NCBI GenBank assembly: GCA_963823035.1 | Contig: CAWGKG010000017.1 | Location: 32,001 to 96,000 of the forward strand | Reading direction: 5' to 3' | DNA: 64,000 nucleotides | Source of the DNA: an uncultured Gemmatimonadales bacterium | GTDB taxonomy: Bacteria > Gemmatimonadota > Gemmatimonadetes > Longimicrobiales > Gaopeijiaceae | In this document: positions 10,108 through 18,466 of the stretch, piece by piece | How the letters are laid out: every line of letters starts with the position of its first letter | Numbering within the stretch: the first letter of the stretch is position 1 | Made by a program: the position numbers and the translations under genes | Notes under the pieces: generated by a model | The model's input: the letters and a program-made list of their open reading frames with translations, nothing else | What the model was told of the DNA's origin: nothing | Database searches by the model: none

Positions 10108-10578
10108 TCAATACGGGCGCGCGGCGGGGTTCGCCTTCCAGTCGCGCAGGAGCGCCCGCGCCTCCGGGAGGGGAAGGTGCACGCTGTCCAGGCGCCGGCC
10201 CTCCCACGAGGTAGCCACCTCGCGGCGGATGTCCGCGTCGTCGAAGCCGGCGGCGCGGGCATCCTCCTCCGTGGCCGCGTACACCACGCGGCCGATGCGC
10301 GCCCAGTAGATGGCCGCGAGGCACATGGGGCACGGCTCGCACGTGCAGTAGATCGTGCAGCCGTCGAGGACGTGCGTATGCAGGGACGCACACGCATCAC
10401 GGATGGCCGCCACCTCCGCGTGCGCGGTCGGATCGTGGTCGGCCACCACGCGGTTCCAGCCGCACCCCACGACGTGCCCGTCCCGCACCACGAGGGCGCC
10501 GAAGGGCCCGTGCAGGCCGTCGCGGGCGTGTTCGCGCGCGAGGGCTACGGCGTCGCGCAGATGTCGTTCGTCGCTCAT
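10108..10578 (-). CDS. Zinc-dependent nucleoside/guanine deaminase
   Basis: GPFGALVV, DPTAHAEV, CEPCPMC, GFDD. Confidence 0.9.
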   Translation of the reverse strand: MSDERHLRDAVALAREHARDGLHGPFGALVVRDGHVVGCGWNRVVADHDPTAHAEVAAIRDACASLHTHVLDGCTIYCTCEPCPMCLAAIYWARIGRVVYAATEEDARAAGFDDADIRREVATSWEGRRLDSVHLPLPEARALLRDWKANPAARPY

Positions 10579-10664
10579 GGGTCGCGCACGTGCCGAGGGT
10601 GCGGGCAGGCCCACCCATGATGCGGCATCGTGCGACCGGTGGCCATGGCGGCGGGACGAAGCCA

Positions 10665-10707
10665 AACCCCGTCATCGCGTGAGGGCGAACCCCGCGACCG
10701 CGCGAGG
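10665..10707. promoter_or_regulatory. Tandem 20-bp operator-like repeat upstream of ycaO
   Basis: AACCCCGTCATCGCGTGAGG (10665-10684) and AACCCCGCGACCGCGCGAGG (10688-10707): 16/20 identical, 23-bp period. Confidence 0.5.
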
Positions 10708-10804
10708 CGACGGGTGGGGGAGCGGCGTAGACTTCTGTCGAGGTTTGAAGTCGATGCCGGCCGCGGCGGGTTGCCCCCCAACCCAGGATCCTGCCCGGCC
10801 TCTC

Positions 10805-10837
10805 GAGGAGGGCGTCCCGCGGCGGGGCGCCCTCCTC
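10805..10837. other. 15-bp GC-rich hairpin in the ycaO leader
   Basis: GAGGAGGGCGTCCCG-CGG-CGGGGCGCCCTCCTC with one G-U pair; no U-tract. Confidence 0.55.
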
Positions 10838-10920
10838 CATCGTCCCGGAGCGAACCCCTGCATCCGGGCGGGGTAGCGCATTCGGCTCGGCAGGGGAACA
10901 GCGACACCTTCGGAGTGACC

Positions 10921-13113
10921 ATGCGCACCGAGCCCCGCCTTCACCTGAACGAGCGCTTCACCCATCTCGTCCATGGCGTGGAAGCGGTCGTGCTCGTGGA
11001 GGACGAGGACGCCTTCCTGCTCGACGACGAGGTGACCTCGTCGGTCGTCCGCCTCCTCGACGGCCGACGCACCGCGGTCGACGTCGCGGCCGCGCTCGAG
11101 GGCGTCCACCCCGCGGCCGAGGTGCACTTCGTGCTCCTCAAGCTCCTGGAGGCCGGGTGGGTCCACGAGGGGGATCCGCGGCCGGACACCTCCGGCGAGG
11201 GCCCGCTCGGGACCCCCCTCGCCACCCGCCTGGCCCGCCTGTGGGCAGGACGCCAATCTCCCGTGGTCGTCGTCCCGCGCGCGACGTGGGTGGGCGCCGA
11301 GGGCACGCTCCTGGTCCTCACCGACGACTACCTCCGCCCGGAGCTGGCATCGGCGGCGGCGACCCTGTCGGTCGACGCGGGCCGGCCGCTGCTCCTGGCG
11401 GGTCTCGGCGCGCGTCGCGTATGGCTCGGCCCGGTGCTCGCCCCCGCGGCGAGTTGCCTCACCTGCCTGCGAGATCGGCTGATGCTGAACCTGAGCGGCC
11501 GGGGCCTGCTGCACGCCGGGACCGCGTCCGACGGGACCGGCTTCGAGGTGGTGCCCCTGCCCTCGGCGATCCCGGACGTCGCCTTCGATCGCGTGGCGGA
11601 GCACGTGGGCGACCCTGCCACGCTCGCCGCGGTCGAGGACCACCTCCTCGTGATCGGCCTCGCGAACCCGCGGGAGGTTCGCAGGCACTGGATCCCCCGC
11701 CTCCCCCACTGTGCGGCGTGCGGGAACCCCGCCCTCACCGTGCCCGGCCCCGACTTCACGCTCGTATCGCGATCGCGGGCGTCGGGCACCGGAACGGGCT
11801 ACCGGATCGTGTCACCCGAAGTGACGCTGTCACGGTACGCGCGCCTCGTCAGCCCCCTGGTCGGCGTGGTGCGGCGCGTGGAGAAGCTCCCCGTCGAGGG
11901 GACGGATCTCGTCCACGTCTACACGGCCGGCCACGCCCATCACTACGGCCCGGGGTCGGTGCGCGCCGTGAAGGACGACCGCAGGGACCACAGCGGCGGC
12001 AAAGGAAGGTCGGACGCGGCGGCCCGCGCCAGCGCGCTGGGCGAGTCGCTGGAGCGGTTCTCGAGCGTCCACCGCGGCGACGAGCATGTGACCATGGCGC
12101 GCCGGTCCCAGCTCGGCCCCGACGCCCTGACACCCAACGACCTCATGCGGTTCAGCGCCGAGCAGTTCGCCGGGCGCGAGGTCTGGAACCGGGAGTCGAG
12201 GAGCGGCTTCCACTTCGTTCCGGAGCCGTACGACAACGAGGTGATCGCCTGGTCATGGGCGCGGGACCTGGGGACCGGCCGTCTACGCGGGGTGCCGTCC
12301 GCGTTCCTCTACCACGGATTCGGGGGCCGAGGCGCTCGCTTCTGTGACGCAGACTCCAACGGCCTGGCGGGTGGCAACTGCCTGGAGGAAGCGATCCTCC
12401 AGGGCTTCCTGGAGGTGGCGGAGCGGGACGCGGTCGCCCTGTGGTGGTACAACCGGGCGCCCCGACCCGAGGTCTCCCTCGAGGTGGACGATCCGTGGGT
12501 CCGCGATCTGGTGGCCTTCTACGGCCGCCTCGATCGGGACGTGTGGGCGCTCGACCTGACCACGGACCTCGGCATTCCGACCTATGCCGCCGTGTCTGCG
12601 CTCCGTCGCGATACGGGGCAGGACATCATCTTCGGGTTCGGGTCGCATCTCGACCCGCGCATCGCGCTGACCCGGGCGCTCGCGGAGGTGAACCAGATGC
12701 TGCCCCACGTGCTTCGCACCCCCGATGAGCGCCGTCGCCGGCTGCTCCCCGACTTCGAGGACGCCGTGCGTTGGTGGGACGAGGCGACGCTGGTGGACGA
12801 ACCGTACCTCCTTCCGGCCCGGCTCGCCCCGCGTTGGCCGGTCCTGCCCTCCGGCCGCAGCCTCGAGGGTGACCTCCGCGAGGACATCAACGCCTGCGTG
12901 GATCGCGCCGCGGCGGTCGGGTGTGACGTGCTCGTACACGACATGACGCGGCCCGACGTCCGTTTCCCCGTGGTGAAGGTCATCGTGCCCGGACTCCGCC
13001 ACTTCTGGCGCCGCCTCGGTCCGGGCCGTCTCTACGACGTTCCCCTTCGACTCGGATGGGTGGAGCGGGCGCCCGAGGAGGACGAGATGAATCCCCGCTC
13101 CATCTTCGTCTGA
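10921..13113 (+). CDS. Fused RRE / E1-like / YcaO cyclodehydratase (TOMM C-D fusion)
   Basis: N-terminal winged-helix-like RRE (LLDGRRT..L..AGWV), WLGP..CLTCL, CAACG, SGGKG..SALGESLERFS, SNGLAGGNCLEEAILQGFLEVAERDA, PGLRHFWRRLGPGRLYDVP, C-terminus MNPRSIFV. Confidence 0.93.
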   Translation: MRTEPRLHLNERFTHLVHGVEAVVLVEDEDAFLLDDEVTSSVVRLLDGRRTAVDVAAALEGVHPAAEVHFVLLKLLEAGWVHEGDPRPDTSGEGPLGTPLATRLARLWAGRQSPVVVVPRATWVGAEGTLLVLTDDYLRPELASAAATLSVDAGRPLLLAGLGARRVWLGPVLAPAASCLTCLRDRLMLNLSGRGLLHAGTASDGTGFEVVPLPSAIPDVAFDRVAEHVGDPATLAAVEDHLLVIGLANPREVRRHWIPRLPHCAACGNPALTVPGPDFTLVSRSRASGTGTGYRIVSPEVTLSRYARLVSPLVGVVRRVEKLPVEGTDLVHVYTAGHAHHYGPGSVRAVKDDRRDHSGGKGRSDAAARASALGESLERFSSVHRGDEHVTMARRSQLGPDALTPNDLMRFSAEQFAGREVWNRESRSGFHFVPEPYDNEVIAWSWARDLGTGRLRGVPSAFLYHGFGGRGARFCDADSNGLAGGNCLEEAILQGFLEVAERDAVALWWYNRAPRPEVSLEVDDPWVRDLVAFYGRLDRDVWALDLTTDLGIPTYAAVSALRRDTGQDIIFGFGSHLDPRIALTRALAEVNQMLPHVLRTPDERRRRLLPDFEDAVRWWDEATLVDEPYLLPARLAPRWPVLPSGRSLEGDLREDINACVDRAAAVGCDVLVHDMTRPDVRFPVVKVIVPGLRHFWRRLGPGRLYDVPLRLGWVERAPEEDEMNPRSIFV

Positions 13114-13240
13114 GGAAGGCGGCTCGTCGTTGTAGCCTACGTTCCGCACTCCTATCTTGCGCGCTGGATCCCTCGACAGCGCGCCTGCGCGGCGCCGAGC
13201 GGCGCGGCGCCCGCGGAGGGTCCACACGGGGGGGGCACAC

Positions 13241-13921
13241 ATGCAGCCAGATCATCGAGCAGCGGGCCAGACCGCCACCGTCTGGGTCGTCGAGGACAAC
13301 GACGAATTCCGGTCGACCGTCCAGGACCTGGTCGACCTCACGGACGGCTTCAGCGCTCCGCAGGCGTTCTCGTCGGGCGAGGATCTGTTCGCGTACCTGA
13401 ACCAGCATCTCGCCCCCGACGCACTCCTCGTGGACATCGGCCTCCCCGAGATGGACGGCCTCGAGGTCGCGCGGCGCATGAACCGCCTCGCACCCGACAC
13501 GCGTGTAGTGATGCTCACGATCCACGAGGACAACGACCTCATCTTCCAGGCCATCTGCAACGGCGCGTCCGGCTACCTGCTCAAGACGGCCGATTCCTCC
13601 GCCATCGTGCAGGCGCTTCGCGAGGCCCTGCAGGGTGGGGCGCCGATGACTCCCCAGATCGCGCGCCGCGTCCTGAACTTCTTCACGCAGATGCGTGCCC
13701 CCGCGTGGGACTACGAGCTCACGGATCGAGAGCGCGACGTGCTTCGCGAGCTGATCGAGGGCAAGACGAAGCGGCAGATGGGCAAGTCGCTGTTCTTGAG
13801 TGAGCACACCGTGGACAGCCATCTGCGCAACATCTATACGAAACTGCACGTGCATTCCCGCACGGAGGCGGTGGTGAAGGCCATCAAGGAGAACCTCGTC
13901 TCCCTCGATGGCGACGGCTGA
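13241..13921 (+). CDS. NarL/FixJ-family response regulator (REC plus LuxR HTH)
   Basis: VVEDN, VDIGLPEMDG, GASGYLLK, LTDRERDVL..TVDSHLRNIYTKLHV. Confidence 0.95.
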   Translation: MQPDHRAAGQTATVWVVEDNDEFRSTVQDLVDLTDGFSAPQAFSSGEDLFAYLNQHLAPDALLVDIGLPEMDGLEVARRMNRLAPDTRVVMLTIHEDNDLIFQAICNGASGYLLKTADSSAIVQALREALQGGAPMTPQIARRVLNFFTQMRAPAWDYELTDRERDVLRELIEGKTKRQMGKSLFLSEHTVDSHLRNIYTKLHVHSRTEAVVKAIKENLVSLDGDG

Positions 13922-13955
13922 GGCCAACCCCGACCGTACGACAAGGAGGAGGGCC

Positions 13956-15270
13956 ATGGGTGGCGATCCCTGCGGGCCGGCGAACTGTGAACTGGCGGCA
14001 CCGGCCCCTCGCCTGGTGCATTCCTGCGGGCGTCCTGAACTCGCTCTGGAGCGACTTCTTCCCTCGTCTGGTGGCGGTCGCCTGGCACGACGCGATGCTA
14101 CCCGGGCCCGCTGCGAAGTACCTCGTGCCCGGCGACCCTCCGCCCCTGCAGGGGGGCACGACGGGCACGGGCCTGCTCGACCTCCTGCTATGGCTCAGGG
14201 GGAAGATGGCGGCGAACCTGCCGCCCGGTCAGAACACCCCCGACTTCATCAAGCGCAGGCTGGACGCGGTCATCAAGTTCTTCTGGGCCCACGAGGCCGA
14301 GACGGGCAACCCGTTCCCCCTCGTGGTGGCGGGCACGGGAGGCTACGACTTCCTCCTGAGCGACTGGGGCATCGAGATGTTCATGCCCGACCCCCCACCC
14401 GATGCCCACGAGCTGCTCCGCTACTACGCCTTCCGGCAGACGGGGCGTCCTTCCCTGGGGATCCCCTCCTACCTGACCCCCAATGCCCTCTCGCTGATCT
14501 CGATCGACGCCCCCACGGGCCCCAGCCAGATCGAGGTGGACGCGGGTGCGCTCGCGCTGGTCCTGCCCGCGGAGTGCCTACCGCCGAAGCACCTCCTCGA
14601 AGGGTGGCGCATGACGTCCGACACGTGGGACGACATGAGGGAGCGGGTCAAGCAGTGGCCCCACGATTCACCGGCCCTGCCCAACCCCGAGGAGACCTCG
14701 ATCGAGACGCTCCATGTGCACTGGCAGCGCGACCACCACTGGCACGTGTGCGTGGTGACGAAGAAGAGGCCGCCCCGTGGCGATGAGCCCGACGAGCCCG
14801 CGGAGCCCTTCCGCCTCAACTTCGACGAGTACGTCTGTCTGGTGCGCAAGGCGCGGTGCTGGCAGGTGGAGGGCTCCGTGTATCGCGGTTTCGCCACGGA
14901 GCTGCCCCGTATCGTCGCCACCGCGTGGATGGAGCCGGGCGGCGTTGGTCCCTACACCACGGCGTTCAACGATCCGGGCGACCACGGTCTCAGGGAGCTG
15001 TTCCGCCAACGGCTCGAGACGATGCTCCCGCGCTACGATCAGATGGCCTTCCAGGAGTTGGGAGGGTCACCGCCGTCGCTCCCGAACGGCTCCACCGCAC
15101 CCGGGGCCCCCAGGTGGAACGAGGGGGACGTGATGATCACCGACCAGGGGTTCTACTTCCCGTCGCTGTCCACGGCACCGGACCTGGAGAGCATGTTCGA
15201 GGAGATCGCCGGGGGCCGCGCGGGCAACCCCGTCTTCACGGACAGCAGGCGGCCCGACGGCCAGAACTGA
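13956..15270 (+). CDS. Hypothetical ~436-aa protein with two NHLP/BMA_0021-like modules; candidate YcaO substrate; probable frameshift near 14030
   Basis: AAGGAGGA RBS before ATG 13956 (MGGDPCGPANCE..HSCG), which joins ORF 13960..15270 if one G is removed near 14030; repeated PRLVAVAW / PRIVATAW; stop overlaps the kinase start (TGATG). Confidence 0.65.
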
Positions 15271-18200
15271 TGGCCCACCGTAGCGCCCGCGTGGCCGCCG
15301 GGATCCTCCTGGCGGCCGCTCCGTACGCGGCCGTGCCCTCACCGGCGGCGTCCCAGGCACGCTACGAGCCCGCGTTCACGGACTACGGGGCCGATCAGGG
15401 GATGTCCAACACCCGCGTGACAGCCCTCCTGCAGGACGACGCGGGATTCCTCTGGATCGGAACCCACGACGGACTTCTCCGCTTCGACGGCCGCACCTTC
15501 AAGGCGTACCGGGCACGCCTGGAAGACGCGACGTCGCTGTCGGACGACTACATCGTCGGGCTGGCCGCCGCGGACAGCGGGCGGATCTGGGTAGGCGCGC
15601 AGCGGGGGGACTCCAGCGCTTCGACCCGCTGAGCGAGGAAGTCCGGCACTACCCCCTCACCGGGCTGGGTCCCTGGCGCAAGGACGTCGCCGAGGGGGCG
15701 ACCGAAGAACGCGAGGGTCGGTGGGTGGGCGAAATCCGCGCCGTCGGCGACGGCGTGCTCGTGCTCCACACCGACGTGGGCCTGGTACGCTTCGATCCGG
15801 CCACCGGCGAAGCGACCAACGTCATGCCGGCGTGGGACGGTGCCGACCCGCTCCCTCATGCGACCGCGCTCGGCTCCATGCCCGGCGGGCGGGTCCTGGC
15901 GGCCGTGTCCGACGGTTCTCTCGCCTTGGTCGACCAGGTCGGGCGCATCTCCCGTGTCCCCCTGACGCTCGGCGATTCGGTCGGTGCCATCGAGCCGGTC
16001 GGGGATGGATACCTGGCCGCAACCTTCGGTGGAGCGGTCCTGCTCGTGTCGCCCGACCTGTCCTCGCACCGGGTGCTCTTCCAGGCCCCCGCGGGAGAGG
16101 ATCCCCTCGCGGTCGTGGCCCTTCTGGCCTTGCCGAACGGACGGGTCTGGCTCGCCACGCCACGGGGGGCCTACGTGGCCGACCGCGCGACGGGCGTCGT
16201 GCATCGCGTGGGGTACGGCGAGGGCGCCCGGGCACTTCCGGACCAGCAGGTCAGCGACCTCCTCGTCGATCGGACGGGCGTGCTCTGGCTGGGCACCTGG
16301 AACGGCCTGGCCAGCCTCCACCCCCTGAGCGGGGGCATGTCCAGGCTCTACTCCGGGTCGGACCTGAAGGGCACGGGCGTCGTCTCGATCGCCGATGCCG
16401 GAGCGGGCCGGCTATGGCTGGGAGCCTATGGGGGCGGCGTGCAGTTGCTGGAGCGCCGGGGCGGAGCCGCCCTGTCCGCTTCCAGCCCTCCCTCCATGGA
16501 TTCGCTTTCCGGCAGCTCGATCTATGCCCTCTCCGGCCACCCTGGAAGCCGCCTGTGGATCGCCGCCTACTCGGACGGTGTGTGGCTGCTGGACGGCTCC
16601 GGGCCGGCCCGACGCATCCCGATCCTGGGCCCGGACGGAGCCCCGAGGAACGAAGCCGCGTTCTCGGTCTTCGAGGATCACGCCGGCGACGTCTGGGCGG
16701 GCACCTACAAGCTGGGCCTGGTACGCCTCGACGAGGCCTCGGGGACCTTCCGACCCTATCGCGGCGCCGACCCGGCCGACTGGGACCTGGGAAGCGTCTG
16801 GATCTGGCCCATCGCCGAGGACTCGCGGGGACGCCTGTGGATCGGCGCCTTCAACGGCGGGCTGTCGGTCGTGGCGGAGGACCGCACGAGGGCGACCCTG
16901 TATCGTGCGGGCCCCGGGAGCCTGAGCGACAACCGCGTCCTTGCGGTCTTCGTGGACTCCCGGGATCGCGTGTGGGTGGGCACCGAGGGAGGCGGGCTCA
17001 ACCAGCTCGATCCCACCACCGGCACCTTCCGTGCGTGGACCACCGAGGACGGACTGCCCCACGACAACGTGGAGAGCATCGAGGAGGATCGGTTGGGACG
17101 CATGTGGATCGGGACGGGTGACGGGCTCGTGCGCTTCGACCCCGCCACCGGAGAGTTCCTGGTCTTCCGCGAGCCAGCCGGCGTGGCCGGCAACGGGTTC
17201 TACGCGAACGCCGCGCACCGGGGGCCCGACGGCACCCTCTACTTCGGGGGCGGGGCCGGGCTCACCATCGTGGACCCCGCCGCCATCGCCTCGAGTGGCA
17301 ACAAGCCTCGGGTGGCCCTCACCGCCTTCCGCATCCAGGGGCGCGACGTCCCCCTCGCCCGCGCCGCCCGCACGGACGGGCTGGTCCTCGCGCCCGACGA
17401 GAACTTCTTCGCCTTCGACTTCGCGGCGATGGACTTCGCGGACGTCTCGCAGAACCGCTACCGGTACATGCTGGAAGGGCTCGACCCCGACTGGGTGGAC
17501 GCGGGCAACACCCCGGTCGCCAACTACACGTCCGTGCCACCCGACCGGTACGTCTTCCGGGTGTCGGCCCGCAACAGCGAGGGGGTCTGGAACGAGAGCG
17601 CGATGGCGCTCCCCGTGCGCGTGCTGGCGCCCTACTACCAGACGTGGTGGTTTCGGTCGCTCGTTCTGGTGGGGGTGCTCTCGCTGGTTGTGGGATTCTA
17701 CACGTACCGACTCCGCCAGCTCGAGGCACGCCAGCGGCTGCGCCTGGAGATCGCGGGCAAGCTACACGACGACATCGGCGCCAACCTGTCGAACATCGCG
17801 CTGAAGGCGGACATGGTGCGCTCCACCTCCTCGCTGGACGATCGCCGGGCCGCCATCCTCGGCGACGTGGGGCGCCTGGCACGCGACACCGCCCACAAGG
17901 TCCGGGAGACGGTGTGGGTGGTGAACACGCGCTACGACACGCTTCCGAAGCTGGTTGGGCACATGCACGACACCGCGGACACGCTGCTGTCGGGGCACGT
18001 GGAGTATCGATTCGCGGATTCCGCGGAGAGCCCGGCCCTGCGCGTGTCGATGGAGTTCCGCCAGAACGTGTATCTGCTCTTCAAGGAAGTCGTGAACAAC
18101 GTGGTGAAACATGCGAACGCGACCCGCGTGGATATCGCGGTCTCGGTCGATCAGCGGACGCTGGCGTTCAGCGTGAAGGACGACGGCGTGGGATTCGATC

Positions 18201-18331
18201 CCGCCGAGGCCTGCAACGGCAACGGGCAGGACCTCATGCGGCGTCGCGCGTCCGCCGCGCGGGGACGGCTCGAAGTGACGAGCGCCCCCGGCCAGGGCAC
18301 GATCGTCACGTTCTCCGCCCGCACGCGCTGA
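15270..18331 (+). CDS. Sensor histidine kinase with beta-propeller (Reg_prop) repeats, Y_Y_Y, HisKA_3 and HATPase; frameshifts near 15610-15725
   Basis: Signal peptide, QDDAGFLWIGT and EDSRGRLWIG repeats, YRYMLEGLDPDW..NYT..YVFRV, TM helix, KLHDDIGANLS, NVVKHA, DDGVGF. Confidence 0.9.
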
Positions 18332-18466
18332 GCGCCGCCGCCGTCCCTTTTCGCCGTGGAACCACGCCATGACGAGCATCGTCGGCGCGTGACGCCTTGA
18401 CGGGATTCACGGTCACGCGGGGACGTGATCTGGGTGGCGAGACCACCCGGCGGACGGCCGCCCCCG

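Noticed and set aside
10108..10578. Deaminase as a tailoring enzyme of the YcaO cluster
   Set aside because: It looks like an ordinary guanine-deaminase-type protein on the opposite strand; nothing beyond adjacency links it.
10630..10920. N-terminal extension of YcaO (827-aa ORF) or a hidden short precursor upstream
   Set aside because: The extension is low-complexity and overlaps the repeats and hairpin. ATG 10921 has a GGAG RBS and starts the RRE. I found no convincing short Cys/Ser/Thr-rich ORF with an RBS.
18413..18428. TCACG-N6-CGTGA palindrome similar to the ycaO upstream repeat
   Set aside because: It lies between convergent gene ends, where an operator has no obvious target; may be chance.
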